Virus record (IMG/VR): IMGVR_UViG_2728369185_000014
Strand: one strand, 5' to 3'
Length of the DNA stretch: 42,922 nt
Origin: a virus
Taxonomy: Duplodnaviria; Heunggongvirae; Uroviricota; Caudoviricetes
In this document: piece by piece, positions 18,801-32,823 of the stretch
Layout: each line of letters starts with the position of its first letter
Position numbering within the stretch: the stretch's first letter is position 1
The notes under the pieces: generated by a model
Told to the model about the DNA's origin: nothing
The model's input: the letters and a program-made list of their open reading frames with translations, nothing else
The model's database searches: none
Position numbers and translations under genes: made by a program

Positions 18801-19994
18801 AAAATAAAATAGATTTACTGCCGATTTTTCAAAAAAGACTGGGAACTGTTTATATCCAACGTAAATAAGGCCTCCATAAAACATGGCTGATGCGAGATAT
18901 TTAACAGTTCTCATCCTTTTTTTAGCTTTATCAATCAAACCTGTAATGCTACTCTTAATACTATCTGCATTATCTTTGATTTCTTTATTTTCTTCAAACT
19001 TTAAATACTTATCGAAAGCGGACTCCACTCGAGAACGTAAGTTGTCGAATGTTTCATTGAATATCTCAATAGAAATGTAATTGACTTTTTTTATCATCCA
19101 AAGTCCTGCGATAATCAATATTGCTTCGGTTGTTTCATTAGCCTTCACTAAGCCACCAGCTGCTATTAATGCACCGGGAATAGTCAATGCTTTTGTCTGA
19201 TTAGATGATATGAATTCGTTAATTTTACTCGTGAACTCAAGATTTTTCTCATCGAGTTCGTTAAGAATTTTATTTACAGAAAACCTCTTTGTGTAAATCT
19301 CATATAGTTCATCATATTTTTTCCTGACGAGTTCAGTAGAGTTAAGCAAGTCAAAGAAATTGAACGTACCATTTGCTTTAAATACTTCGTTTATGGCTGA
19401 GCGTATAACGAGCTTGCGCTCGCTTTTGTGTAAATCATTGATTTTTATTGTGTCGAGAAGCTCCTTTATAATTTCATATTTAAGAGACGAGTTCGATAAG
19501 CGATTAATCTCGCTATATTGTAAAAAATGCGTGAGTTCGACTGTATAACTTTTGTCTTCATTGGTGAAAAATAAGACAGAGCAGTCACTGTTATGATGAT
19601 CAGCAATTAATGAAAGGATATCTTTCCACATAAAGAAAATATGGATTTTTTCGATGCTTTCATTCTTAGAAGTAGGGAGTATTAACGGCGTTCCGATGAT
19701 ATAATTTTTCGGAAGAGCGTTTTGGGTGTTTACTCTAGACCAAAAAGACTCAACATTCTCATAAATTATAGCATCATCCCAAGATGAAGCTTGGCGATCT
19801 AGCCAAATTTCATTATTTTCGATGCAGGTTGTTGCCTTTTTATAACCTATAGATTGTAACAGTCTAATTATTTCAGAACTATTTACAATAACAATGCTTT
19901 CTTCAAGACTTATGACAGTGTAGTAGCCCTCAACTCTGCTTGAGGCTCCGTTAATAATCTGCGCTAATCTTGATAAGTCATCAGCAATTGTCAT
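18780..19994 (-). CDS. Uncharacterised protein with C-terminal transmembrane helices (404 aa), second gene of the Q-S cassette
   Basis: AT-rich ORF; hydrophobic segments near the C-terminus (ALTIPGALIAAGGLV, AILIIAGLWMI, YLASAMFYGGLIYVGY); its 3' end overlaps the Q 3' end convergently. Confidence 0.55.
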   Translation of the reverse strand: MTIADDLSRLAQIINGASSRVEGYYTVISLEESIVIVNSSEIIRLLQSIGYKKATTCIENNEIWLDRQASSWDDAIIYENVESFWSRVNTQNALPKNYIIGTPLILPTSKNESIEKIHIFFMWKDILSLIADHHNSDCSVLFFTNEDKSYTVELTHFLQYSEINRLSNSSLKYEIIKELLDTIKINDLHKSERKLVIRSAINEVFKANGTFNFFDLLNSTELVRKKYDELYEIYTKRFSVNKILNELDEKNLEFTSKINEFISSNQTKALTIPGALIAAGGLVKANETTEAILIIAGLWMIKKVNYISIEIFNETFDNLRSRVESAFDKYLKFEENKEIKDNADSIKSSITGLIDKAKKRMRTVKYLASAMFYGGLIYVGYKQFPVFFEKSAVNLFYFLCHTIS

Positions 19995-19996
19995 TA

Positions 19997-21172
19997 TTAG
20001 CTGTCTCTATATCTTTTGAGTTCATCATAATTTGCCTGACTCAATTTTATCACAATTTCGCATTTGTTGTCAGTGAGAATTACAGGCTTATTTGACTTTT
20101 CGTCTCCAATAGCTCCACGCATTATTTTCAACTTAAAATTATTGTCGTTATCTGCCACTTCAATTGTAAGCGCGCTTTCAGCTGCTTTAGGAGTTGGTTC
20201 AAATTGAGGGTCAATCTGGAAACCATTAAGATTAACAAAATCGACAAACGTTCCCTTACATTTGTGTGAATCAGTCAGGCATGAGTCAATTATTTTTGAA
20301 ATATCCTCTATCTTAACGGACTTATTTCCGTGTTTATCTTTTGATTTTTTTTCCAGTAAGGATTTAACTTCATTGTCAATAGTATCACGCAGTACACGAC
20401 CGAGTGAGTTTTTACTAGCAAAAATATCTATAGCACTGAATAATTGCTGAATGCTTCTTTTATTGTCCGAATCATGTCGGCAACCTAATGAGTCTTTGAA
20501 AAAATCGCTTTTAGATTTACCTTGCAAGAAATGTACATATGAGTCACCCTTGTTTTCTGGATAACTGGCTTCGAATAAAGTTAAATCGAACATCGCAGCC
20601 TGCCGTAAGGCATCGGTATTAATTGGATTTAATCTTGTTGGGGTCAACTTATCCGAATCAAAGTCATAGGCGCTTTGTTTATCAACCATTACGATTAGAA
20701 GTTTCCCCAAATCCTCTGGTTCGGTAGACTTATAGTGGATGAAAACAACGCTCCCCCCCTGAAGTTGGGCAACTCTCGATTCGTTATTAGCATTATGTTT
20801 AAGCTTCTCTATTATAGCTCTAGATAAATCAATGAATTCATTATTCTTATTAATGTATTTTTTTAGGATCGTAGGAATGGATGAAGGGTTGTGATCTGAG
20901 TCTAGGAAGTTATGAAATTTGTTTTTTCGGCTAAATTTTTTCTCAATTCTGGTTATGAATTCAGATGTGACTTCATTTTTTAGATCCCAAACTTCACCTA
21001 ATCGATAATCAAATGCTCTTGAATCATTTTTTTCAAGATTTGCTGTTACAGCACCAATAGGAAAGTACGATTGTTTGCCCAGCACTACAACATGAGGCGT
21101 GGCACCGCATTTATCGCAAGCTACAGTTGGGTCGTCAAGAACATTGCCACATTCTAAACAAGTTATATCCAT
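19997..21172 (-). CDS. Zinc-ribbon protein with a possible NdpA/YejK-like nucleoid-associated domain (391 aa), first gene of the Q-S cassette
   Basis: N-terminal CxxC...CxxC (CLECGNVLDDPTVACDKCG); central ...GGSVVFIHY...YVHFLQGKSKSDFF... resembles the YejK/NdpA family as I recall it; 2-nt gap to the downstream ORF. Confidence 0.55.
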   Translation of the reverse strand: MDITCLECGNVLDDPTVACDKCGATPHVVVLGKQSYFPIGAVTANLEKNDSRAFDYRLGEVWDLKNEVTSEFITRIEKKFSRKNKFHNFLDSDHNPSSIPTILKKYINKNNEFIDLSRAIIEKLKHNANNESRVAQLQGGSVVFIHYKSTEPEDLGKLLIVMVDKQSAYDFDSDKLTPTRLNPINTDALRQAAMFDLTLFEASYPENKGDSYVHFLQGKSKSDFFKDSLGCRHDSDNKRSIQQLFSAIDIFASKNSLGRVLRDTIDNEVKSLLEKKSKDKHGNKSVKIEDISKIIDSCLTDSHKCKGTFVDFVNLNGFQIDPQFEPTPKAAESALTIEVADNDNNFKLKIMRGAIGDEKSNKPVILTDNKCEIVIKLSQANYDELKRYRDS

Positions 21173-21288
21173 TATATATCCCGAATTATAAGAATGAATT
21201 TTTATGTGGCTGAAAATTCTATCAAAACACTAACGCGTACGCAAAAAATATCGTAATCTGTTAAGTGTGCTCACTTCGCCACACAGCT

Positions 21289-21320
21289 TAAACCCGCCAT
21301 CGAGCGGGTTTTGTCGTTTC
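21289..21320 (+). terminator. Putative intrinsic terminator (possibly tR'-like)
   Basis: AAACCCGCCATCGAGCGGGTTT hairpin followed by a T-rich tract on the plus strand, upstream of the holin; placed by hand. Confidence 0.4.
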
Positions 21321-21463
21321 TGGGTCTGGGGATTCCTTGGTCCTAGCCTATCCCGCAGTTATCCATTGACTCGGCTTCTTTGACGTTTCCGCTTCTGATT
21401 TGCGGTACATGATGTTTCCTCAATTTGCACCTGCTGTATCAGCGAGGTGAGAGATAACTACAA

Positions 21464-21790
21464 ATGCCTCATAACCCAAATACATGGCTGGAGTTGGTCC
21501 AGAGCTGGTGGCGTGGAGACACACCGCTGGGCGCAGTGATTATGTCGATTGTTATGGCTGGTTTACGTATTGCCTATTTTGGCGGTGGTGGCGGCTGGAA
21601 GCGAAAAACACTCGAAATTCTACTCTGTGGCGCTCTGACGCTGACTTTTGCATCCGCTCTTGAGTATGTCGGATGGCCTAAATCACTATCTGTTGCCATT
21701 GGTGGTGGGGTGGGGCTGATCGGTGTTGATGCTATTCGTGGGGCTGCAATGAGAGTAATCGGTAACAAGTTTGGTGGCTCTAAGGAGTAA
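21464..21790 (+). CDS. S: Holin (lambda S-like, class I)
   Basis: 108-aa track ORF with hydrophobic helices and a charged C-terminus, directly upstream of the endolysin; true start may be internal (dual-start holins). Confidence 0.7.
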   Translation: MPHNPNTWLELVQSWWRGDTPLGAVIMSIVMAGLRIAYFGGGGGWKRKTLEILLCGALTLTFASALEYVGWPKSLSVAIGGGVGLIGVDAIRGAAMRVIGNKFGGSKE

Positions 21791-21793
21791 TTT

Positions 21794-22270
21794 ATGCAGG
21801 TACTAAATTCCCAGCGTAAAGCTTTCCTTGATATGGTGGCATGGTCAGAGGGAACGGATAACGGGCGACAACCGACACGTAACCACGGTTATGACGTTAT
21901 TGTCGGTGGAGAACTCTTCACTGATTACTCCGATCACCCTCGCAAACTTGTCACGCTAAACCCGAAACTCAAATCAACAGCTGCAGGCCGTTATCAACTT
22001 CTTTCACGCTGGTGGGTTGCTTACCGCAAGCAGCTTGGCCTGAAAGACTTCTCTCCGAAAAGCCAGGACGCTGTGGCACTGCAACAGATTAAAGAGCGTG
22101 GCGCTTTACCGATGATTGATCGCGGTGATATTCGTCAGGCTATCGACCGTTGCAGCAATATCTGGGCTTCACTTCCGGGCGCTGGTTATGGTCAGTTCGA
22201 GCATAAGGCTGACAGCCTGATTGCAAAATTCAAAGAAGCGGGCGGAATGGTCAGAGAGATTGAGGTATGA
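21794..22270 (+). CDS. R: Endolysin R (lytic transglycosylase)
   Basis: 158 aa, near-identical to lambda R (...[22 protein letters not shown]...). Confidence 0.95.
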   Translation: MQVLNSQRKAFLDMVAWSEGTDNGRQPTRNHGYDVIVGGELFTDYSDHPRKLVTLNPKLKSTAAGRYQLLSRWWVAYRKQLGLKDFSPKSQDAVALQQIKERGALPMIDRGDIRQAIDRCSNIWASLPGAGYGQFEHKADSLIAKFKEAGGMVREIEV

Positions 22271-22728
22271 ACAGATTAACCGCGATTATCTCCGCTCTGG
22301 TTATCTGCATCATCGTCTGTCTGTCATGGGCGGTTAATCATTACCGTGATAACGCCATTACCTACAAAGCCCAGCGCGACAAAAATGCCAGAGAACTGAA
22401 GCTGGCGAACGCGGCAATTACTGACATGCAGATGCGTCAGCGTGATGTTGCTGCGCTCGATGCAAAATACACGAAGGAGTTAGCTGATGCGAAAGCTGAA
22501 AATGATGCTCTGCGTGATGATGTTGCCGCTGGTCGTCGTCGGTTGCACATCAAAGCAGTCTGTCAGTCAGTGCGTGAAGCCACCACCGCCTCCGGCGTGG
22601 ATAATGCAGCCTCCCCCCGACTGGCAGACACCGCTGAACGGGATTATTTCACCCTCAGAGAGAGGCTGATCACTATGCAAAAACAACTGGAAGGAACCCA
22701 GAAGTATATTAATGAGCAGTGCAGATAG
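22267..22728 (+). CDS. Rz: Rz (inner-membrane spanin subunit)
   Basis: 153 aa, matching lambda Rz; N-terminal membrane anchor. Confidence 0.9.
   Translation: MNRLTAIISALVICIIVCLSWAVNHYRDNAITYKAQRDKNARELKLANAAITDMQMRQRDVAALDAKYTKELADAKAENDALRDDVAAGRRRLHIKAVCQSVREATTASGVDNAASPRLADTAERDYFTLRERLITMQKQLEGTQKYINEQCR
22487..22669 (+). CDS. Rz1: Rz1 (outer-membrane lipoprotein spanin subunit)
   Basis: 60-aa ORF embedded in Rz in another frame; lipobox (VVGC) and a Pro-rich region, matching lambda Rz1. Confidence 0.85.
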   Translation: MRKLKMMLCVMMLPLVVVGCTSKQSVSQCVKPPPPPAWIMQPPPDWQTPLNGIISPSERG

Positions 22729-22759
22729 AGCTGCCCATATCGATGGGCAACTCATGCAA

Positions 22760-23040
22760 TTATTGTGAGCAATACACACGCGCTTCCAGCGGAGTATAAA
22801 TGCCTAAAGTAATAAAACCGAGCAATCCATTTACGAATGTTTGCTGGGTTTCTGTTTTAACAACATTTTCTGCGCCGCCACAAATTTTGGCTGCATCAAC
22901 AGTTTTCTCCTGTCCAATTCCCGAAACGAAGAAGTGATGGGTGATGGTTTCCTTTGGTGTTACTGCTGTCGGTTTGTTTCCAACAGTAAACGTCTGTTGA
23001 GCACATCCTGTAATAAGCATTGCCAGAGCGGCAGAAAACA
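22760..23040 (-). CDS. bor: Bor lipoprotein (serum-resistance factor), 5' end lost in a gap
   Basis: The readable 92 codons (...LITGCAQQTFTV...ARVYCSQ) match lambda Bor; the N-terminus runs into the N-run. Confidence 0.8.
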
Positions 23041-23192
23041 NNNNNNNNNNNNNNNNNNNNNNNNNNNNNNNNNNNNNNNNNNNNNNNNNNNNNNNNNNNN
23101 NNNNNNNNNNNNNNNNNNNNNNNNNNNNNNNNNNNNNNNNNNNNNNNNNNNNNNNNNNNNNNNNNNNNNNNNNNNNNNNNNNNNNNNNNNNN
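23041..23192. other. Assembly gap (~152 N)
   Basis: Run of n characters; the lower boundary may be 23040. Confidence 0.95.
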
Positions 23193-23467
23193 TATAGGTG
23201 TACGCTCAGACTATTGGAGGAAGTTGGGGACACTCAGAATCCTGTGGAATGAAATAAACCGGTCTATCCGTCTATTACCCTTTTAGCTGCGCTGTATCGT
23301 CGCCGTATTCCCGCATTAACCATGACCGTAGCCCGACGGGGAATTCCTTCTGCGTGAGTGTGCGGGAATAATCAAAAACGATGCACACCGGGTTTTACTG
23401 TGCTGACAGACGCAGGGTTACCCTCATAGTCGCTTTTCCGGTGCGATGGTGGAAGAAACCGGGATGT

Positions 23468-23662
23468 TCATCCATCATCACTTTGGATTGATGTATATGC
23501 TCTCTTTTCTGACGTTAGTCTCCGACGGCAGGCTTCAATGACCCAGGCTGAGAAATTCCCGGACCCTTTTTGCTCAAGAGCGATGTTAATTTGTTCAATC
23601 ATTTGGTTAGGAAAGCGGATGTTGCGGGTTGTTGTTCTGCGGGTTCTGTTCTTCGTTGACAT
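23468..23662 (-). CDS. Small basic protein upstream of cos (lambda orf-64-like)
   Basis: 64 aa MSTKNRTRRTTTRNIRFPNQMIEQINIALEQ...; same position and strand as the small ORF before cos in lambda. Confidence 0.65.
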   Translation of the reverse strand: MSTKNRTRRTTTRNIRFPNQMIEQINIALEQKGSGNFSAWVIEACRRRLTSEKRAYTSIQSDDG

Positions 23663-23830
23663 GAGGTTGCCCCGTATTCAGTGTCGCTGATTTGTATTGT
23701 CTGAAGTTGTTTTTACGTTAAGTTGATGCAGATCAATTAATACGATACCTGCGTCATAATTGATTATTTGACGTGGTTTGATGGCGTAGATGCACGTTGT
23801 GACATGTAGATGATAATTATTATCATTTTG

Positions 23831-23990
23831 CGGGTCCTTTCCGGCGATCCGACAGGTTACGGGGCGGCGACCTCGCGGGTTTTCGCTATTTATGAAAATT
23901 TTCCGGTTTAAGGTGTTTCCGTTCTTCTTCGCCGTAACCTAATGTTTTTATTTAAAACACCCCCTGAAAAGAAAGGAAACGACAGGTGCT
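23831..23990 (+). promoter_or_regulatory. cos packaging site (cosQ-cosN-cosB); cosN 12-mer at about 23862..23873
   Basis: GGGTCCTTTCCGGCGATCCGACAGGTTACG followed by GGGCGGCGACCT and CGCGGGTTTTCGCTATTTATGAAAATTTTCCGG, matching the lambda cohesive-end region as I recall it, immediately upstream of Nu1. Confidence 0.85.
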
Positions 23991-24050
23991 GAAAGCGAGC
24001 TTTTTGGCCTCTGTCGTTTCCTTTCTCTGTTTTTGTCCGTGGAATGAGCA

Positions 24051-24570
24051 ATGGAAGTCAACAAAAAGCAGCTGGCTGACATTTTCGGTGCGAGTATCCG
24101 TACCATTCAGAACTGGCAGGAACAGGGAATGCCCGTTCTGCGAGGCGGTGGCAAGGGTAATGAGGTGCTTTATGACTCTGCCGCCGTCATAAAATGGTAT
24201 GCCGAAAGGGATGCTGAAATTGAGAACGAAAAGCTGCGCCGGGAGGTTGAAGAACTGCTGCAGGCCAGCGAGACAGATCTCCAGCCAGGGACTATTGAGT
24301 ACGAACGCCATCGACTTACGCGTGCGCAGGCCGACGCACAGGAGCTGAAAAATGCCAGAGACTCCGCTGAAGTGGTGGAAACCGCATTCTGTACTTTCGT
24401 GCTGTCGCGTATCGCAGGTGAAATTGCCAGTATTCTCGACGGGATCCCCCTGTCGGTGCAGCGGCGTTTTCCGGAACTGGAAAACCGACATGTTGATTTC
24501 CTGAAACGGGATATCATCAAAGCCATGAACAAAGCAGCCGCGCTGGATGAACTGATACCGGGGTTGCTGA

Positions 24571-24596
<26 letters not shown>
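24051..24596 (+). CDS. nu1: Terminase small subunit Nu1
   Basis: 181 aa, matching lambda Nu1 (MEVNKKQLADIFGASIRTIQNWQEQGMPV...). Confidence 0.95.
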
Positions 24597-28277
<3,681 letters not shown>

Positions 28278-28297
<20 letters not shown>

Positions 28298-29597
28298 TCT
28301 CCCGCATATTGCCAGCATGGCCTTTAATGAGCCGCTGATGCTTGAACCCGCCTATGCGCGGGTTTTCTTTTGTGCGCTTGCAGGCCAGCTTGGGATCAGC
28401 CGCCTGACGGATGCGGTGTCCGGCGACAGCCTGACTGCCCAGGAGGCACTCGCGACGCTGGCATTATCCGGTGATGATGACGGACCACGACAGGCCCGCA
28501 GTTATCAGGTCATGAACGGCATCGCCGTGCTGCCGGTGTCCGGCACGCTGGTCAGCCGGACGCGGGCGCTGCAGCCGTACTCGGGGATGACCGGTTACAA
28601 CGGCATTATCGCCCGTCTGCAACAGGCCGCCAGCGACCCGATGGTGGACGGCATTCTGCTCGATATGGACACGCCAGGCGGAATGGTGGCGGGGGCATTT
28701 GACTGCGCTGACATCATCGCCCGTGTGCGTGACATAAAACCGGTATGGGCGCTGGCCAACGACATGAACTGCAGTGCAGGTCAGCTGCTTGCCAGTGCCG
28801 CCTCCCGGCGTCTGGTCACGCAGACCGCCCGGACAGGCTCCATCGGCGTCATGATGGCTCACAGTAATTACGGTGCTGCCCTGGAGAAACAGGGCGTGGA
28901 AATCACGCTGATTTACAGCGGCAGCCATAAGGTGGATGGCACTCCTTACAGCCATCTTCCGGATGACGTCCGGGAGACACTGCAGTCCCGGATGGACGCA
29001 ACCCGCCGGATGTTTGCGCAGAAGGTGTCGGCATATACCGGCCTGTCTGTGCAGGCTGTGCTGGATACCGAGGCTGCAGTGTACAGCGGTCAGGAGGCCA
29101 TTGATGCCGGACTGGCTGATGAACTTGTTAACAGCACCGATGCGATCACCGTCATGCGTGATGCACTGGATGCACATAAATCCCGTCTCTCAGGAGGGCG
29201 AATGACCAAAGAGACTCAATCAACAACTGTTTCAGCCACTGCTTCGCAGGCTGACGTTACTGAGGTGGTGCCAGCGACGGAGGGCGAAAACGCCAGCGCG
29301 GCGCAGCCGGACGTGAACGCGCAGATCACTGCAGCGGTTGCGGCAGAAAACAGCCGCATTATGGGGATCCTCAACTGTGAGGAGGCTCACGGACGCGAAG
29401 AACAGGCGCGCGTTCTGGCAGAAACCCCCGGTATGACCGTGGAAACGGCCCGCCGCATTCTGGCCGCAGCACCACAGAGTGCACAGGCGCGCAGTGACAC
29501 TGCGCTGGATCGTCTGATGCAGGGTGCACCGGCACCGCTGGCTGCAGGTAACCCGGCATCTGATGCCGTTAACGATTTGCTGAACACACCAGTGTAA
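28278..29597 (+). CDS. C: Head protease/scaffold protein C
   Basis: 439 codons from an internal GTG (VTAELRNLPHIASMAFNEPLML...), matching lambda C; the track ORF has an upstream extension overlapping B. Confidence 0.9.
29202..29597 (+). CDS. nu3: Scaffolding protein Nu3 (in-frame C-terminal product of C)
   Basis: Internal ATG preceded by GGAGGG; the 131-aa product (MTKETQSTTVSATASQ...) matches lambda Nu3. Confidence 0.75.
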   Translation: MTKETQSTTVSATASQADVTEVVPATEGENASAAQPDVNAQITAAVAAENSRIMGILNCEEAHGREEQARVLAETPGMTVETARRILAAAPQSAQARSDTALDRLMQGAPAPLAAGNPASDAVNDLLNTPV

Positions 29598-29606
29598 GGG
29601 ATGTTT

Positions 29607-29939
29607 ATGACGAGCAAAGAAACCTTTACCCATTACCAGCCGCTGGGCAACAGTGACCCGGCTCATACCGCAACCGCGCCAGGCGGATTGAGTGCGAAAG
29701 CGCCTGCAATGACCCCGCTGATGCTGGACACCTCCACCCGTAAGCTGGTTGCGTGGGATGGCACCACCGACGGTGCTGCCGTTGGCATTCTTGCTGTTGC
29801 TGCTGACCAGACCAGCACCACGCTGACGTTCTACAAGTCCGGCACGTTCCGTTATGAGGATGTGCTCTGGCCGGAGGCTGCCAGCGACGAGACGAAAAAA
29901 CGGACCGCGTTTGCCGGAACGGCAATCAGCATCGTTTAA
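29607..29939 (+). CDS. D: Head decoration protein D
   Basis: 110 aa [27 protein letters not shown]..., matching lambda D. Confidence 0.9.
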   Translation: MTSKETFTHYQPLGNSDPAHTATAPGGLSAKAPAMTPLMLDTSTRKLVAWDGTTDGAAVGILAVAADQTSTTLTFYKSGTFRYEDVLWPEAASDETKKRTAFAGTAISIV

Positions 29940-29956
29940 CCTTACCCTTCATCACT

Positions 29957-29982
29957 AAAGGCCGCCTGTGCGGCTTTTTTTA
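29957..29982 (+). terminator. Hairpin plus T-tract between D and E
   Basis: GGCCGCCTGTGCGGC followed by TTTTTTT; placed by hand. Confidence 0.5.
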
Positions 29983-29994
29983 CGGGATTTTTTT

Positions 29995-30239
29995 ATGTCG
30001 ATGTACACAACCGCCCAGCTGCTGGCGGCAAATGAGCAGAAATTTAAGTTTGATCCGCTGTTTCTGCGTCTCTTTTTCCGTGAGAGCTATCCCTTCACCA
30101 CGGAGAAAGTCTATCTCTCACAAATTCCGGGGCTGGTAAACATGGCGCTGTACGTTTCGCCGATTGTTTCCGGTGAGGTTATCCGCTCCCGTGGCGGCTC
30201 CACCTCTGAATTTACGCCGGGATATGTCAAGCCGAAGCA
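29995..30239 (+). pseudogene. E: Major capsid protein E, 5' fragment (codons 1-82) cut by an insertion
   Basis: MSMYTTAQLLAANEQKFKFDPLFLRLFF...TPGYVKPKH matches the lambda E N-terminus, then diverges into 9 unrelated codons and a stop at 30270. Confidence 0.9.
30230..30239 (+). repeat. Left copy of a 10-bp direct repeat AGCCGAAGCA (putative att core)
   Basis: The same 10-mer is at the right junction (41118..41127); both copies lie exactly where E homology is lost and regained; placed by hand. Confidence 0.7.
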
Positions 30240-30402
30240 CTTAGCATGGCTTTCTGAGGCTTTCGTGTAGTTGCTGGTTTTTACACTTAATCTTTTGATA
30301 ATAAAGAATAAGTTTATCTGGTGCTTTCACTGAATTTTCCTCGTTATCTGTGTGTTGCAATCATCTCTGTATTGCAGCTTGTATTGCTTTTTGGGGCTAA
30401 AA

Positions 30403-31638
30403 ATGGCTGGCGAGAACAAACTGAGCGACAAAGCGCTTAAAGGATATCTGGGGAAACCCAGAGAAAAGCAGATCACCATTGCTGATGGAAAGGGGCTTTC
30501 TATTCGTGTGAGTACTAAAGGGGCTGTGAGCTTTGTTTTCTTCTACAGGTTAGCAGGTGGCCGGGCTGCTCCGGTCTGGCTAACGTTGGGTAAATATCCT
30601 GATATGTCACTCAAACAGGCAAGGGAAAAGCGCGACGAGTGCCGTGGTTGGTTGGCTGACAAACGTGATCCGCGTATCCAGATTAAGATTCAGGCTGAAG
30701 AACGCTTAAAGCCGGTCACTGTGGAGGATGCACTAAATTACTGGTATGAAAATTACTGTAAGGTGCGTCGTAAAACTCATGCTGTAACGCTTGGCAGATT
30801 TCGAAAGCATATCTTTCCCTATATCGGTCATTTGCCCGTAAATGACACTCACCTATATGAATGGCTGGACTGTTTTGACCGAATTAAACGTAATGCACCA
30901 GTTATGGCGGCGTATGTTTTTTCTGACACTAAATTAGCTCTTCGTTTTTGTCGGGTACGCCAGTACGCGACGTGTGATGCTTTAAAGGATTTGCGCATGA
31001 GTGATGTGGGGCAGATTGCAGGTAAGCGGGATCGGGTTCTGGATGAAGCCGAACTCGGCCAGCTCTGGAAGGCAATTTTTGTCGAGCCTGATTTAAAACT
31101 AATGTCTGAATACACGCGAAAAATGTTTGTGCTTTGTACAGTATTTGGATGTCGAATGAGTGAAGCCCGATTATCAGAATGGAGCGAATGGGATCTCGAA
31201 AGTTGGGTTTGGACTGTACCAAAAGATCACTCAAAAACTGGTGTTGAAATCGTCAGACCAGTACCTGAAATTCTACGACAGTGGGTAACGGATGTTCACG
31301 AAGAGACAAAACATACTGGTTATGTGCTGGGAAGTCTGCGAATTAGAGAAAGCGTAAGCAAGATTGGGGGGAAAATCGGTAAACGTTTGGGCCATGAAAA
31401 ACAATGGTCACTACACGACCTTAGAAGAACGCTATCTACTCATCTAAGTGATCTCGGTGTTGAATTTTATGTAGTAGAACAACTGTTAGGCCATGCGCTA
31501 CCTGGCGTGGCAGGTGTTTACAACCGGAGTAAGTTTATGGCTAAAAAACTGGATGCTCTGGAACTCTGGACTACATATCTCAATAGCATCGCAGGTGCTG
31601 ATTCAAAAGTGACAATCCTCAAACAAAAGGTTGGTTAA
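30403..31638 (+). CDS. int: Tyrosine integrase (P4-family type) of the inserted element
   Basis: 411 aa from the internal ATG; N-terminal arm-binding-type region and a C-terminal ...HDLRRT...LLGH...GVYNRS region typical of tyrosine recombinases; first gene inside the left junction. Confidence 0.85.
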   Translation: MAGENKLSDKALKGYLGKPREKQITIADGKGLSIRVSTKGAVSFVFFYRLAGGRAAPVWLTLGKYPDMSLKQAREKRDECRGWLADKRDPRIQIKIQAEERLKPVTVEDALNYWYENYCKVRRKTHAVTLGRFRKHIFPYIGHLPVNDTHLYEWLDCFDRIKRNAPVMAAYVFSDTKLALRFCRVRQYATCDALKDLRMSDVGQIAGKRDRVLDEAELGQLWKAIFVEPDLKLMSEYTRKMFVLCTVFGCRMSEARLSEWSEWDLESWVWTVPKDHSKTGVEIVRPVPEILRQWVTDVHEETKHTGYVLGSLRIRESVSKIGGKIGKRLGHEKQWSLHDLRRTLSTHLSDLGVEFYVVEQLLGHALPGVAGVYNRSKFMAKKLDALELWTTYLNSIAGADSKVTILKQKVG

Positions 31639-31639
31639 C

Positions 31640-31867
31640 ATGAAAAAAATGGCAATTGTTGATAAAAAGGGTCTGGAGTACATTCCTAACATTGACCGAA
31701 TGATCCGTGAGAAAGAATGTCGGGAGCTAACCACTCTTGCGAACAGCACACGCTGGAAGCTGGAGAAGGAAGGAAAATTTCCTAAGCGGATCAAGATTGG
31801 TTCCACTGCTGTTGCATATCGTCTTTCAGAAGTGCAGGCATGGATTCGAGGTGAGTGGGTAGTTTAA
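31640..31867 (+). CDS. alpA: AlpA-family transcriptional regulator/excisionase
   Basis: 75 aa starting 2 nt after the int stop; ...RELTTLANSTRWKLEKEGKFPKRIKIGSTAVAYRLSEVQAWI... fits the AlpA/Vis winged-helix family. Confidence 0.7.
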   Translation: MKKMAIVDKKGLEYIPNIDRMIREKECRELTTLANSTRWKLEKEGKFPKRIKIGSTAVAYRLSEVQAWIRGEWVV

Positions 31868-31936
31868 ATTATCTCAGAATAAAATATTATGAATTACTGA
31901 TTTGAGAATTTGTACTCAAATCAGTAATAACATTCT

Positions 31937-32473
31937 TTATAAGAGATTAAATCCAAATAAAGAGTAATCATATACCGGGGTGCATTGCATTCCACTGAAT
32001 ATGCTGATGTTTTTTTCTGTTTCTATCCTTTTTTCAATAAGTTGTTGTATATTTTTACAGTACAATTTGTGTGTGATGTTATTATCGTAAGCCTGATATA
32101 GCAACGTCAATGTTGACGCTAGGAAACATACAGATAAAATTAAAGTAACATATGCGGTTTTTTTATTTTTTGTCCATGATCTATTTGTTTGTGAAATATA
32201 AAGAATTCTGATGTGGATAATGGTGAGAGACAATAGCAGGCCACTCAATAAAATAAGTATTGGGTTTGCGTATTTTATTAATGGTTGAGAGCAAAAAACT
32301 ATTATAGCTCCTGTGACTGCGTATGAGAAAAAGGAGTAATTAAACTTCTTACTCCTTCTCTCAAGTATTTTAATTTCATCTTGTGTGGGGGTTTTAGATG
32401 CCTCTAATATAAGTTTATTGAATGTTTCTGTTATCTTGTTTTTTGTGTTTGTGGCTATTTTTTTTAGATTCAT
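31937..32473 (-). CDS. Accessory membrane protein (178 aa, about three TM helices)
   Basis: Very AT-rich ORF with hydrophobic segments (AVTGAIIVFCSQPLI, ILILLSGLLLSLTIIHI, YVTLILSVCFLASTLTLL); no homologue recognised. Confidence 0.5.
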   Translation of the reverse strand: MNLKKIATNTKNKITETFNKLILEASKTPTQDEIKILERRSKKFNYSFFSYAVTGAIIVFCSQPLIKYANPILILLSGLLLSLTIIHIRILYISQTNRSWTKNKKTAYVTLILSVCFLASTLTLLYQAYDNNITHKLYCKNIQQLIEKRIETEKNISIFSGMQCTPVYDYSLFGFNLL

Positions 32474-32823
32474 AGCATTCTAACTCCCTTAACTTATTTA
32501 TTACTTTCTCTTTATGATAAGAGAGGGGAATGACTTGGTAAAGTGATTTGTCATTAATAATGATAATCCTTGCGATAAATATTTCTGCAAGTTATTTATC
32601 TGTTTGTTGCTATCTTGTTAAGCGTTGGGTGTGGTTTATGTTTGGAGCGACTTTATTTAATCGTGATTTTATGGATTTATATTTATATCCTGTAAGATAA
32701 GCGCATGTTAGTTCAGGAGTAGTGTCAGATAAAATTATTCGGAGTAGAACTACCTTTTCTGTTTATTGCCAGTATTTACATAGCAATGCGCCGTAGTTAC
32801 TCACATCACGGCGCTGATACTAA

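Noticed and set aside
18780-21172. Shiga-toxin-like cargo at the Q-S site
   Set aside because: The genes are antisense to late transcription, far larger than StxA/StxB, lack signal peptides and show no A/B-subunit features.
21574-21768. Pro-rich antisense ORF (PPPPPK) within the holin gene
   Set aside because: It is the reverse complement of the Gly-rich holin coding segment and is not an independent gene.
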